The position numbers were made by a program, and so were the translations under genes. The notes below the pieces were generated by a model that was not told where the DNA came from, did not search any database, and saw nothing but the letters and a program-made list of their open reading frames with translations. Below, piece after piece: positions 28,570-44,983 of a stretch of 64,000 bases of DNA. Within the stretch, counting starts at the first letter, position 1, and every line of letters begins with the position of its first letter. Origin of the DNA: the human T2T-CHM13v2.0 reference genome, Homo sapiens; NCBI RefSeq assembly GCF_009914755.1, contig NC_060946.1. The stretch is one strand, 5' to 3'.

Positions 28570-30110
28570 ATTTATCCTTCTAGAATATGAATGTTGGTGT
28601 ATTTGATGATGTCCCACAGACTCCTTAGTCTCTGCTCATTTTTTATCTGTTTCTCAGAGTCAATATTTTCCACTTTCTTATTTTCAAGCTCATGACTTCT
28701 TCTGTGTGTGCAAATATACTCTTGTATCCCTCTGGTGATTTTTAAATTTTTATCATTGTAGTTTTCCACTCCAAAATTTCTGTTATCTCTTTGTTGATAT
28801 TCCTACTTTTTAATATTTTTTCTGGTTCCTATATTTCTTTGTTTCTGTTTTCCTTTTGACATTTGAGTATAATGAAGAGAGTTGTTTTAAAGTCTTTGTC
28901 TAGTAAGTTTGATGTCTGGGTTTCCTTAGAGATATTTTCTGTCAATTTATTTTGTTCCTTTGAATGAGCCATACTTTCCCATTCTTTGTATGCCTTGTAA
29001 ATTTTTGAAAACTGGACATTATAATAATTATAATTACTATGTGGTTACTCTGTAAATCAGACCCCTCCTACAAACACACTAATGTTTTGTGGTTTTAAGT
29101 TTTATTTACTTATTATTGTTAAGGTTTTAATTTTTAGTGAAATTTTCCAAAGTGATTTACAAAACTGTTTGCTTTATAAGGTGTGGTCACTGAAGTCTTT
29201 TTGTTTCCTTAACAAATGTTAAGCTAATGTTTTGACAGTGATTTTCTTGTATGTCAGGAACTAAGCAAACAGGCAAATACAACAAAAAATGAAAAACAAG
29301 GAATCATTATCCAGCAAAATGTGTCTCTAAGCCATGCAGACTGGCTTTGTGCTGGGTTCTTTAAAGCCGGCACAAAGTGTGTGTTCACTCTTGCACTGAG
29401 TGAAGTTCAAGTTCACTCTTGCACAGAGCTAGCACTGAGGGGAGGGATCAGCCAAGGTAAAAGTGTAGGGTCTTCTTATGACATATGTCAGCATTGGGCT
29501 TAACCTATGCATACATGTGACTTTCTAGACTCTCCCATGTCCGTGAATGATTTTGAATGTCTTAGTTTTCCAAATACTCTTCTCCAACTTTTCTTGCTGT
29601 GCTGAAGGTGATCTACTATATGTGTAAACTCTAATTTTTGCCCTAAGCATCTGTGGTTTGTTAGGTCTCCTTGCAGAGTTTCTTAATAATGTCCATTCCT
29701 TATGTCTTCTGTATTCTAGCAACACAGAAGAAAAAAAGCCTTTCATTAGTCCTTTAGGTATTCCCCAGACCAGTCAGAACAGACACATAATAATTTGCGG
29801 CTAAGATCTTCTCTTGTTCCTTTGGACCATGGACCAGGGTTCCTCACTGGGAACGTGGGCTTCTGACACTTCAAAACTGCCAATTTGCTGGGGCAAAGGC
29901 AAGTTAAAAATGTCATAAAGTTTTCCAGTTGTCTTTCTCTTGAGTCTGCTTTCACTCGGTTGTTGTAATCTTTTGACCATTTTCCAGAGATTTGGCAAAG
30001 TTTATTCGGACAGTTTCTCTTAGTTGTGTGATGTTTCTGTGGGGAAATGAAAGATTGCAGCTGTCTCCACTGCCGTTTTGCTGATGCTCCTCTTTTGTCA
30101 ATTTTTTCTT
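28570..30110 (-). mobile_element. Old L1M 5' region/ORF1 remnant
   Basis: Minus ORF 28572-28769 NEQRLRSLWDIIKYTNIHILEG resembles L1 ORF1 (NEQSLQEIWDYVKRPNLRLIGV). Confidence 0.65.
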
Positions 30111-30138
30111 CATGTTATTATGCTTTGTTATTAGTTCA

Positions 30139-30562
30139 TGTATTAGTTTTATAGGGCTGCCATAACCAAGTAACACAAACTGGGTGCCTTGAACAACATA
30201 CATTTATAGTCTTATAGTCCTGGAAGCTAAAAGTCTGAGATTGAGGTGTCAGCAGGGATGGTCCCTTCAAGGGCTATGAGAGAAAGTCTGTTCTATGCCT
30301 TGTTTCTAGCTTCTGGTGGTTTAGTGGCAGTCTTTTGCATTCCTTGGCTAATCTCTGCCCTCATAATCACATGGTACTCTCCCTGTGTGTATGTCTCCCT
30401 CTACTCAAATTTCTTCTTTTTATAAGGACATCAGTCATATGGAATTCAGGCTCATCGATTTTATCTTAACTTGATCACCTACAAAGAACCTATTTCCTCA
30501 TGAGGTCATATTCAGTGGTTAGGATTTCAGCATCTATATAGAGGAAACAATTTAGCTCCTAT
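30139..30562 (-). mobile_element. MLT1 (B/C-like) MaLR solo LTR
   Basis: tgtattagtttt...gggctgccataaccaagta...ttataaggacatcagtcatatgga. Confidence 0.85.
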
Positions 30563-30569
30563 CTGTGCA

Positions 30570-32040
30570 TACATGATTGTAATAGCTATGTCTTCCGAAA
30601 GCGTTGACCCTCTTATTACTACAATATAAATTTTTAAAATCCTATTCACATTTTAATAGTCTACCTCGTGTGTTATGAGTATAATGAGTTCAGTTTTCTT
30701 ATGATTGCTCTTTGCATGATATTTTTTGTCATCTTTTTACTTTCAATCCATTAGTATCCTTGCATCTCACCGTATATTGGGATCGCTTGTTTTAATCCAG
30801 TCTGACAATCTCTGCCTCTTGATTGGAATTTAATCTGCTCACATTTAATATTATAATTGGTATAATTCTATTTATGTCTGCCATTTTACCGTTTGTTTTG
30901 TATATTTCCCAAATATTTTTCTTTATTGCTGTATTTTGCAATGAATGAATATTTTCTAAAACAGGGAACTTTAGATTACTAATGAATTATTTTACTATAA
31001 ATTTTTGAGAATTTTTGTTGTTGTTGTAAGTTTACCATATAAGTATATGGAAAATTAATTATTCAAATCGTCTTCCAATTTATACTGGTAAACTTTTAGT
31101 AATACATAGAAACATCATTCTTTTACAAATCTCTTTTATTTCCTCCATTTTAAGGTAGTATCAGTTTACACATTACATCTATTAAAGTTACAAAGTCAAC
31201 AATACATTTTAGTAATTATTACTTTACCATCTAGAGGGATTACCTTATCACAATACATTTTTCTTCCAACTACCTCCTTTTTGATGTTACTGGAAAATAT
31301 GTTATAGACATGTTCCATTTCTACATGTCAAATACTCAGCAATACATTATGCACATATTATTATTATTATCATTGAGACGGAGTCTCCCTCTGTCGCCCA
31401 GGCTGGAGAGCAGTGACACAATCTCCGCTCACTGCAAGCTCCATCTCCCGGCTTCATGCATTCTTCTGCTTCAGCCTCCCGAGTAGCTGGGATTACAGGC
31501 GCCCGCCATCACGCCCGGCTAATTTTTTGTATTTTTAGTAGAGACGGGGTTTCACTGTGTTAGCCAGGATGGTCTCGATCTTCTGGCCTCGTAATACGCC
31601 CGCCTCGGGCTCCCAAAGTGCTGAGATTACTGGCATGAGCCATCGTGCCCGGCCGTTATACACATATTATTTTATAAACAATTTATGATAAGGAGAAAAC
31701 ATGCATTTATACTGTCTTTTATAATGTTAATATTACCTATACCAGTGCTTTTTTAAAAATGTGGATTCAAATGACTGTCTTGTGTAACTTGCATTTAGCC
31801 TTAGGAATTTATTTTAGTTTTTTTTTTTTTTTTTTTTATGGTAGGTCTGCCAGCAACAACTTCAGTTAATATTTCTGTTTATCTGGGTAAGTCTTTGTGT
31901 TATCTTCATTTTCGAAAAATAATTGCTGGATAAGGAATTGGTGGCTGACAGTTTTTTTTTCCTTTGCATCTTTGGACTATATTATTCTACTGCCTCTTGC
32001 CTTCCATTGTTTCTGTTAAGTCAGCTGTTACTCTTACAAA
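30570..32040 (-). mobile_element. Old L1M remnant (interrupted by AluY)
   Basis: ttgttttaatccagtctgacaatctctgcc; ggtaggtctgccagcaacaacttc. Confidence 0.65.
31361..31654 (-). mobile_element. AluY full length
   Basis: Diagnostic gcaagctcc and ttagccaggatggtctcgatc; (TTA)n tail; TSD ttat(g/a)cacatatta. Confidence 0.93.
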
Positions 32041-32044
32041 ACAT

Positions 32045-32490
32045 AGGTGCTCAAAAAATAAACATGTGCATGAATATTTACAGCAGTAATATTCATACAG
32101 TCAAAAAGTGGAAACAATCCATATGCTTTTTGACTCATAAATGGACACCCAATTTCCAGCTATAACAAAGAATGAAGTACTTATACATGGTATAATAGGG
32201 GTGAAATTTGAAAGCATTATGTTAAGTTCAGAGAAGGACAAACATTACTTGATTTTATTCACATGAAACATCAGGAATCGGCAAATCAATTGGGATATAA
32301 ATCAGATTAGTGGTCATTAGGGCTCAGGGAAGCAGAATAAGGTGTAACAACTTTATGCATAATGGGTTTTTAGAAGGCACATGATGAAATTGTCCTGGAA
32401 CATTGTGAATATACTAAAAGCAATTGCATTGTATGTTTTAAAATGGTTAAGTTATTAATTTTATATTATGTGATTTTTGCCTTAAAAAAC
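32045..32490 (+). mobile_element. Old L1MB-type 3' end
   Basis: aaaagtggaaacaatcc, aagaatgaagtact, cagattagtggtc, ttgtgaatatactaaaa. Confidence 0.7.
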
Positions 32491-33324
32491 AAGCAAGAGA
32501 AAATAGCCTTACTCTATATACAAAAAACTCAAGATGTGTTACAGATTTATATGTGAAATCCAAAATACTATAATATTTAAGGAATAGCTAAGTAGAATAA
32601 CACTAAAATTTAACATAATGAAATATTTCCTTAAAAAAGAAAAAAGCACAGTAATTAAAAAGGGAAATATAGTTAATATTTTTTCTCTCCATTAAGCATG
32701 CCATTAACTGATTAAAAAATCAAGCTGCAATTATGTAAACTACATTTTCTGAAACCATAAAGAAAATAAGAAATGAAAAGGGATTTGGGAAAAAAATCCA
32801 AAGGTACAGTCAACTACACGAAAAAAGCTTAGTCTCATTAATCATTATTAAAATGCAAATTGTAACTGAAATAAGATAAAACTATAATTCAAAGAGAAAG
32901 CCTAAAATTTCAACCCCCAAAAAATTCTGGGTTTTACAGAGCTGGGATGGAGTAGGTCTCCTAACGTTATAACAATGTAATAACCAAACTAACTTCAAAG
33001 TCATGACTTTATTTTTATACCAACCAGGTTGCCAAGAACTCAGTCAAAATGTGAGGGAAAGCAAGCACCTGCAAGGAGAAAGAGGACAGATGCACTTACA
33101 TAGGACAGATGCAAATAGACACCACTATGAAAAGTAAAGCTGGAATAATCAAATTCCTAAGGACAAAGTGGGGCTGGTCAGATTGGGAGACGGCTGACAG
33201 CTGCAGAAGTTGGGAAAGATCCATCATCTTGAAAACTTTTTCCTCACAAACCCACTGTGATCTCTCAAGCAATTGGTAAGGAATCCAAGAGAGTCTGTAT
33301 ATGATACAGATCAGGGAGAGCAGA

Positions 33325-33608
33325 ACACTTGGGAGGTGACCAGGTCTTGGGGGCCGAGCCCTTATGAATGGGATTATTGCCTTTATAAAAGAAGCTCAAT
33401 GGAGTTCTTGTGTGCCTTCCACTATGTGAGGACATAGAAAGAAGGCACCATCTATGAAACATGAAATGGGCTCTCATCAACACTGAATTTGTGAGCATCT
33501 TGACCTGAGATCTTACAGCCTCAAGAAGTGTGAAGAAAGAAATATCTGTTGTTTTTTAGTTACCCAGTTCATGTTATTTTGTTATAAGAGTCCAAATAGA
33601 CCAAGATA
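33325..33608 (+). mobile_element. MLT1A-like MaLR LTR (5' truncated)
   Basis: cccttatgaatgggattattgcctttataaaaga...gttattttgttataagagtccaaatagaccaaga. Confidence 0.8.
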
Positions 33609-33699
33609 TTCCACTTAATACGTAGGGGAAGGTAACAAAAACTGACACACCTAGAATACTCCTGATGCTGGGAGTATGAAAACAGGAAAAACAAAACAA

Positions 33700-34440
33700 A
33701 ACTGCTCTTGAAGGTGAAGGAGGAATATCACTGAGCTTACCAACACAGCCAGGAAAAGAACAGAAGTGTGAGAAGTCTACATTCCTGAGATCCTGAGAAA
33801 AAGTACCTGCATAAGACTGAGATGAAATTACCTACCCTAGTTATAATTGAAATCCCAAAAAGAAAAGAGGAAAAAATAATGGAACAAAAGAAATATTTTT
33901 CAAAATAACTGCCAAAAATATTCTAAAAGAAGTGACAGAAAATCAAACTTCAGATATAGGAAACTCAGAGAATGTCAGTAGAACAAAAATAAATAAGAAT
34001 TACATCTTGGAAAATCTTTAAAAAATCAACTCTAAATTTTATATCTTGCTCCAAATATATAGAGATATAAATAGGTTATCATCAAGATATGGAGAAAGCC
34101 ATATCATGGAAACACTAAAATAAAGCTGTGGAAGGACTACATTGATATTAGACACAACAGAGCTCAGAACAAGAAATAGTATCAGAGATGAGAGATAACA
34201 GATAATATAATAATCAATTCTCAAGAAGATGTAAACCTCCTACTAATTAGGGTATGCAGCTAACAACAGAACCTCCAAATACATGAGGTAAAACATGAAA
34301 GAAATCAAAGGTGAACTAGAAAAATCCAAAATTATATTTGCAGACTTCAAAACTTTTGTCTTAGTAAGGGACAGACTAGGCACAGACTCAGTAATCATAT
34401 GGAAGGTAAGAACAATATCACCAACAAGACATCCATTCTT
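33700..34440 (+). mobile_element. Decayed L1 ORF1/ORF2 endonuclease remnant
   Basis: YAANNRTSKYMR / ELEKSKIIFADFKT resemble ORF2 YAPNTGAPRFIK / IIMGDFNT. Confidence 0.5.
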
Positions 34441-34526
34441 CAATGGCAGATACTCTTTCCTTTCAAGTGAAAAAAAAAACAGTATGGCATATTCTCTAAC
34501 AAACCCAGAATTTCTAACGTTTGCGG

Positions 34527-34967
34527 TCTTCCTTCCTTCTTTCCATCTTCCTTTCTCTTCTCTTCCCTTCCCTTCTTCCTTCCTTTCTTCTTTTCCTCTT
34601 TCTTTTCTTTTTTCTTTTCCTTTTTCTTTCTTTTTTTCTCCTTCCTTCTTTCTTTGCTTCCTACTTTCTTTCCTCTGATTCTTCCTTCCCTCCTCCTTCC
34701 CTTCCTTTCTCCCTCCCTTCTTTTCTTCCTTCTTTTCTCTTATTCTTTCTTTCTCACTTCCTTGCTTTCTTTCTTTTTTCTACCATCCTCCCTCCCTCCT
34801 TTTCTTCCTTCCTCCCTCCCTTCCTTTCCTTATTTTTCCTTCCTTCCTTCCTTTTCTCTTTATTTTCTTTCTTTGCCTTCCTCCCTCTTACCATTCTCTC
34901 TTCCTCCTTTCCTTCCTCCCTTCCTCCTTCCCTTCTTTCTCACTTTCTTTCTCTCTCTCTTTCTTTC

Positions 34968-35019
<52 letters not shown>

Positions 35020-35180
35020 GTGTTCTTTCTTTTTTCTCCCTTCCTGCCTTTCTCCCTTCCTCCCTCCCTCCCTTCCTTCCTTCTCTCATTTCCTCCTTAT
35101 TTTCTTTCTTCTTTCTTTCTTTCCTTCCTTCCTTCTTTCCTTCCTTTTTTTACTTTCTTTTCTTTTCTTTCTTTCTCTTT
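34527..35180. repeat. Polypyrimidine compound microsatellite including pure (CTTT)n at about 34970-35018
   Basis: About 650 bp almost entirely C/T. Confidence 0.95.
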
Positions 35181-35269
35181 ACTACAATTCATATTATTTA
35201 AAAAAAATTAAGACAGGGAGGAAGAAAAATAAAGAACACTTTAATCTGGAGGTAAATACATTATGTCTG

Positions 35270-36072
<803 letters not shown>

Positions 36073-37051
36073 AAGTTTATATAGTAATTGTATCATGAAA
36101 ATGAGAACCATAATTTACAACTGCTTTTAATACTGCACTTGGATGTTTGAAATCACGTACATGGAAATGATCTCTATGGGTATGAAGGAGGATAGCAAAT
36201 TGATGCCAAAATAATACAAATGCAATCTTACACTCATTTATATGTAGGTTTAATTTAATCTTTGAAATTAAAATGAAATTAAAGAATTATGATATTTTGA
36301 TGAGATTAGACTAAAATGAACAATAACAAAATAAGAACTTACTTGTATTCTTTATATGGTCAATAAAGAAGTGATAGTGGAAAAAAATAAGGTCAAATGA
36401 AGGTGATGATTTAGGAAGTTGGAGAGATAGCCTAAACTACAAAATGGTATATAACTAGTGAACACTTAGACACACTGATTGATGAACTTCAGCTTTCGGA
36501 TTGGTGAGAGCATAAAATAAGAGCAGCTGAGGTTTGCAAATTCGCAAAAACAGGCGAAAACACATCTCAGCCTATTAAGATTTATCTACTAGAGAGTCAA
36601 GACTTGATCCATTTGTCCTTGTAATTCAAAAGCTAATTCAAATACTGATTTGATATACTGTGTGAGCAACCATTGCTGATTATCATCGCATACCTGGCAC
36701 TCTCTTTTATCTGATATCTAAAATATTTGGTAATTCCTGGACTTTCTCTTTTCAAACCCAGTACGGTTTAATTTCAATCTTAGAACAGTTGTCTTTGAGA
36801 AATTCTTCCCTCTACTGCATCTCTGAATGGGCATAGCATGGTTATATACATACTATCACCACAGAGAACATTTGTTGAATTAAAGCCAAAGTTTGAAGCA
36901 ACAGCTTTAACTTACTGGTTTTACTAATGTTTTCCTCCCCAATAGCCACAACAATATTGATATCCTCACACCTTTTATCATAAAGCTTGGTGTTGTCTAT
37001 TTTTCAGGTGCTGTCATCTATATGATCTCAGTATTTTAAAAATCAGCTTCC

Positions 37052-37563
<512 letters not shown>

Positions 37564-38779
37564 TCACTTATTTACTGATAACAACAGGAAGAATGACAAG
37601 ATATCTATTCTGGAAAATTACTCTGGTAGGAGTAAAGATGAAACAATGATAGAATTGCATGGAAAACTAGAAAAAAATTATGGTCTTCCGATATTCTATC
37701 ACATCATATACAAAAGGCCTCATAAGACTCAGATATTTTATCTAAAAATGTTATTTTCATCTTAGGGATGATCAAAGCATGAGACTACAATTGTATTACA
37801 ATGACTCTCACAAGCACATGTGCTAAGAAGGAGGGGAAAACATCATTACTGATATTTTAAACGTATGTTTTACTTTCCATCAACATGAGCCTCAACTTGA
37901 TATGATGCAGATTGAAGGAAATCACCCATATTTCCATATGAAGAAGGCCTGTGATATTTTATGGGAAAATAAATAGAGAAAATGCTAATAGAAACCCTAT
38001 TAAGCATTAAGCTTTATGAAGCAAAGACAAACCCCGTGATGAAAGATACACACTCAAGTTCTGCTTGTTGTCTTGGAACAATACGGTTTAGAGGTGACTG
38101 GTGGGTGAGGAGAACATATGCAAGTTCACCAAACAGAAAAGCTGAATGAGGCAATGCCTCTTCCTGACCATATCTCTTACTCAGATACCTATGTAATTTA
38201 TTGTCCACTAAAGGATATATTTAAAAATCATATTAAAAGTCATGCAATGAAGTTGTCCAGGGAAATCAAGACTTAACAGTCTCACTCTGACAATAATGAA
38301 TAGGGGGATTCCCTCAAGACAGACTAGGACATGAGCCCACACTGGCAGGTAGTAGTACCAGAAAAGAACCCATGGAAAATCTTTACCTTATGCTTGAGAT
38401 AGGGAACAGGCTAAAGTGACAGCCAGACCTAAAATTTTATCTAAAATATATCCACAATGGAAGAAAATATGTGGTGTACAGGCATAGAATGTCTTTATTG
38501 GATCATTGAAATAGTAAGATAAATTCAAATTTTTACATTGTTTTATTTTCCTCCAGTTAGGGCTTGAGGTTTGTCTCTGGAGATTGGCTGTCAATTGGAG
38601 CCCTGCCTTTCTGGGGTTCTGGTCAGGGGGTTGTGGATGCTTAACATAAGCCTTTCACAGGACACTTCCTTACCCCAGCAGTGGCCAGGTGTGCATCCCA
38701 CGACCAGGCCTCCCTCTCACAGAACATCTGTTGAGACTAGGAGATGCCTGATGACTGTTGCCTGACCTGTGCCCTGTGT

Positions 38780-39630
38780 ATTTCTGACAAGAGCCACTCT
38801 CAGAGACCCTGGCCAGGAGGAGAGTTAGGTTCCAGTGTAGGTCAGCTCAGGCACATGGAGGTCACAGGACCAAACATGGGAAATCACAGAAGTGGTTTTA
38901 TTACTCATAGATCCAGAGAGAAGAGGGTAGCTGAGAAGAGGGTTTAGCCGTGTCCCAAGCCAAATCTCATCTTGAATTCCCACATGTTGTGAGAGGGAAC
39001 AGGTTGGAGGTAATTGAATCGTGGGGACAGGTCTTTCCCATGCTGTTCTTCTGATAGTGAATAAGTCTCACAAGATCTGATGGTTTTATAAAGGGGAGTT
39101 TCCCTGCACAAGCTTTCTTGTCTTGTCTGCTGCCACGTGAGACATGCCTTTCACCTTGCGCCATGATTGTGAGACCTACCCAGCCATGAGGAACCGTGCA
39201 TCTATTAAAACTCTTTCTTCTGGAAATTACCCACTCTTGGGCATGTCTTTACCAGTAGTGTGAAAATGGACTAATACAGTAGCACACTTCATAGGGATGA
39301 ACAAAATGGGGAAGGCGAGTGGTGAGCAAGAGAGAGAAAAGGGGTCTGTGGGACTCCAGCCTTTATTGGGCCCAGAACATTACCCAAATAAGTTTTCCAC
39401 GGGGCTCTAGTCAGTGGGGTGAGTGCCAGCAGGCATATTTCTTGGCTCCTGCTGCAACTGAGCAGGTCACTCTGGCGTTTGGGAGCTGTCCATGTGTGCT
39501 GTGAGGTCTGTGGGGTGAGTCAGGTAGGTTGTATCCAACGGTTCCATAGCGGGTAGTCACGAGGAGGAGGCAACTGTGTAGGGTCAATATCTGGGCCAGC
39601 CACACTGAGGAACTGTGAAGAATTGTCAAG
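38780..39630. mobile_element. Probable old ERV LTR hosting the THE1 insertion
   Basis: GC-richer block with LTR-like antisense poly(A) signal (ttttattactcatag); family not identified. Confidence 0.35.
38932..39278 (+). mobile_element. THE1 MaLR solo LTR
   Basis: caaatctcatcttgaattccc...gaaaatggactaataca with 5-bp TSD gtagc on both sides. Confidence 0.92.
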
Positions 39631-41592
39631 GGAATCTGAACCCAGCTACCATATGAGAGAGTTCAACTTACGTTCAATGTGAATGCCATGGCAATATTAA
39701 AAGGTAAGAATTGGCTCCATACGTGCTTGAGGTAAATAGGAGAAACCTAGAATTTATGCAAACAGTAAGAAGTTTAGATGCGTTTTCTGTCACATATTTT
39801 AATACTAGCAGCATATTATATATGTCAATCCATCAGGCATTCAGAAGTACATGCTCATGAAAATTTTTTGCACCATCAGACAAAAGACAAGGGTAGAAAA
39901 CAATTTTAACCCTGTAAACACTAGTAAATTAAAAACAGAAGGACCTTTATGTCCTAATATATCTATGTTGTGAAAGGCTGCCCTGTGAAATACGGGATTT
40001 CTTAAACATATTTTAAAAATCATAGGTGTCAATATTTTTTAGAAATCCATTTAAATTTTCTCTTGCTACTTTACAATGCCTATTTATTTATTTAGTGGTT
40101 TTGCTGATTTTGATGTATATCCTAAACTTTACATTTTCTTTAAAGTATGTTTTATACTACTTTATGTAAAATGTTTCAGTATCTTCACATTCTCTCCCTG
40201 TCCTTTTGTTTTGCTCTTATATGGTTGCCTTGAGTCTTTTCTCTGGCTTTTCAAACCTAGTAAGACTAAGACACTAAAATAACTTTGCCCGTGGTTTGGT
40301 AATGCCTTCTAAAGCACGTCCTAAGCTCTCGTGCATACAGGGGTCTCCTTTGAGCTCTATGCTTTTGAGATCCCATATACCTAAATTCCAGTACTCCAAA
40401 TCAGTACTGCTCAGTTTTAGTTACTAAGTTTAAAAATGTATTTTAATAACAAGTTAGTTTAGTGCACTCTTACTTCTTTCTTTGCTGCTGGTATACGTGT
40501 ATATTCCCTTAAATGAATCTTGGAATTTATTTAAAAATTTTAAATTATACTAACGAAACTGTATATTGTTGTGGATTCATAGGTGATTTTGGAAAGAATT
40601 TGTCTTTATGATACTAAATCCTTTTTATCCAAGAGTCATATGGGCCTTTATATTTATTCCAGTCTATATTTACATCACTGAGTAAATATATAGAAATGTA
40701 GATACATACAGCTGTAGTCATAGATAGATACAAATATAGATATAACATGTTAAATCTATATCTATCCCATATAACATGTATACATGTTATATGTGTGTGT
40801 ATATATATATATATGTTTGTGTTATTAAAGAGCTCCCTTAAAATTTTTCTTTTATTTCCTACATAATTTTAGGTTGAGCTTGAATTTTCCTTGTATAAAC
40901 AAGCAAATATTTATACTGGTTTTAATACTGAGGTTTAGACATTCTATCTTATTTTAGCATTGAATATTTTCACAATTATTATATTATCTAATAATAATGT
41001 AACTGTTAAAAATATTTAAAATTTTACCTTTGAATTATTTTATTGTTGAATTTAAATTCCTTTAAGTATGATAGTAAATTTCTATTTTATGATTTCTCTA
41101 TGAATATGCAAATTAATCTATCCATTTCTCTATCTCTATGTAGTAACATATGAAAATCAAGCCTCTCTTCTTCTAATAGACATATACACGTTTGCATATA
41201 GAATATCAGACTCTTTATAGCATTTAAAATCTTTAAAGACATGAATATTACCTTTTAACAAATATATTTTAGCATGTACTGAGAATCCCCTATTTATTGT
41301 TTATTTGGAGTAATCAATATGATTATTAATATTATTGGATCACCACGTTTGGAGTCACACTTTCATCCCCAAGGTGGATATTTGTTTTCTTTGTTTTTTT
41401 TTGCCAATTTCTTGTCTTACTGTTTCAAATATTGTTGGATATTATTTTTATTTTATTTGGCATTTTAGTATCAATATTTGTAAGTGATGTACTCTACATA
41501 TTTTTTCTTCAATATCTGGTGGGTTTTATAATTACTGCTATATTGGATTTGTAGTAGACATTGACAAAAATTATTTCTGTATGTTTTATAGC

Positions 41593-42140
41593 TGTATGAA
41601 GGAATCCAATATATTTTACCCCAAAATATATTTCCGTGATATATATCAAAATGGCTATTCAGAAGGGCTGGAAATGCAAACTTAGCTGCAAATCTGTCTT
41701 GGGGAGATTTGCATCTGTAGAGAATCTACTTTGATGCAGCCAGGCTTTCTCTGAGGTCTGCTAATTTGTCTGGATCTAGGAAAGGTTAACTGAGCGTCTG
41801 AGGTCTCCAAAGGTCTGAAAGAAACATTTTCTCTCTATTCTCTCTGAGGACTGCTCCCAGTGAGGTTTCACCTACGTAATAAGTCCACTGTTGCTAGTCA
41901 GGGTCCTTTTCTCACATAATCTTTTTCTTTTTCCCTGTGATCCAAGACCCCATTCTTTCTGTAAACTTCGTGTGGTAGACAAGCTTCTGCACCCATCTTG
42001 TGTGTGGGTCTTCATTCTAAGGGCTCCAGTGTACACACATTGCAGAAACCTGTATGCCTTTTCTACTATTTATCTGCCTCCTATTAGTGATTTTCAGGGA
42101 AACTTCAGAAGGCAAAAGGGACATTCTCCTTTAGCCTATA
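41593..42140 (+). mobile_element. MER39/MER34-like solo LTR
   Basis: ttttaccccaaaatata...ggggagatttgcatctgtagagaatct...aacttcagaaggcaaaaggg. Confidence 0.7.
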
Positions 42141-42325
42141 CTCAGACAAAATACCCCAACATTTAACTGATTCCTAATAGCTTAAAATCACTTTGAAAAA
42201 TCCATATATTTATAACCTTTTCTTCCCTCTATGATTTCTGGTCAGTTTGGGTTTTGTTTTTTATACCATTTATTTCATCCTCGAAAAGATCTATTTTATG
42301 TCTATTTATTCTCATTTATTGACAT

Positions 42326-42778
42326 TGAGAAAAGAAAATAACTTTCACGTGAGAAACGCAAGTCCTTTGAAATAATCAGGCCCAGAGAGTTATTCAAATG
42401 AGACAGCAGTTCTGTCCTGCTCCTCTTTGAGCTGTGTGTTCATCTAGGCTGCTTGCTGTTGCCACAGTAGCTATAAATTAACCAATAACGCCACACCAGA
42501 CACTACAATCCACACCCAATAATAGTGTAACAGTGTATATCCAGTCACTAATAAATGTGAGTTCCATAAGCCAATGAGAATTTGTGACAAACCTCTTTGC
42601 ATCATCCCATTTCTGGACCCTTTTTTGCCTTTAAGAAACTGCTTGTTGCAAAGCTCCGAAGGGAGTTCATATCCAAGGATACTTGGGTCTGTTTCTTCCA
42701 GGCAGCTGTCCTCATTGTGGCTCAAGTATACTCTTTGAATTACGTTTTGTGCTTCAGCCCCTTCCACTTAGATTAACA
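42326..42778 (+). mobile_element. ERV1 solo LTR (LTR47/MER72-like)
   Basis: TG...CA ends (tgagaaaagaaaa ... gattaaca) with 4-bp TSD acat. Confidence 0.7.
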
Positions 42779-42892
42779 ACATGGATTTGTGTCACCATGT
42801 ACAGCAATTAAAATGTTTACACTTTTCCCCTCGAGGGCACTGATGTGTTTTCCTGAGCACTTGGAATAGCCACATAGTGTTTACTTTCTATA

Positions 42893-43085
42893 TTATGGTT
42901 TCTCAACCTTGGTGTACTTTCCTTTAGGACCAGAGGATTCTTTGTTGTGGGAGGCTGCCCTAGCAATGCTAGGTGATTCGTTTGACCTCTAAATTTCACA
43001 CCTCCACCAGTCTTGACATCCCCACAAAAACCCTAGATATTGACAAATGTCTCCTGGGGAAAACTCTCCACCGGTTGACAGCTCA
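42893..43085 (-). mobile_element. MER20 hAT MITE
   Basis: tttctcaaccttgg...attctttgttgtgggaggctgccc...attgacaaatgtctcctgggg. Confidence 0.75.
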
Positions 43086-44054
43086 AAGTTCTTGAAATAT
43101 TGGAATTGTCAATTGAGTTTTTATGTTATCCAAAACAAATATTTTTCTTTGTTTTTAAACATCTACTTCCATCTACTTATCTACTTATTTTTACTTTTAT
43201 TTGTAACTTAATTCCATCAAGGAGAGAGAGTGCATTTTCTGTTATGCTAAATTTTTGAAGAGTGCATTGATTTTTTATGACCTGATATATGGATGATATG
43301 TAGATATTACATGTTTGTATTATCAAATTTCAGGGCGATAATAAAATAAATATTTATAATATTTATATTGTCACTTTATATTAGTTATTTTCTTTCTTCA
43401 CTACAGGAGTTTTTCAACCTGTAGGCTATTTTTCAATTCTAGGTTATCCAGTAGATTTTGAAATGTTAAGATTAAATATCTACTTCTCAAGCATTCATCT
43501 TTGCAAATGAATCAATCCCAAGCTCTTATAATGCACATCATATAAAGGACAGATTAGTCAATATATGGTTCAGAAATAGTTATGTAACATATATAAGAAA
43601 ATTAAAAATTTAGATCCTTAACTTAGATAACAATAATCCAAATTAAAATATGATTTCATTACATAATTTAAAATGACACCAGAATACTAGTAAAAATGTA
43701 GATAAGTTTATATAATCCTTTTTAGCTGTAGGACTTTATTATCATAAATTCAAATACAGGAGCCAAAGTAAGATTGAGACCTATAGTCAAGGGTTAAAGT
43801 GTACACATTATAGGGGCATAATTAATCTAACTTAAAGCATAACATGGAGAAATATTGCAAAACATACATGTTACTGAATTGTTAATATGTAATCATTAAG
43901 TGACAGCAAAGGTAAAGAGTAGCTACACACACACACACACACAAAGTGCAATATTGTCAAATATATGTGATGTTCAGCTACACTAGAAATCACACCTGTG
44001 TTTTCTCCACAGAAGTTTAAAGATTAAAAATCACAATAATATTTATTGTACATA

Positions 44055-44983
<929 letters not shown>

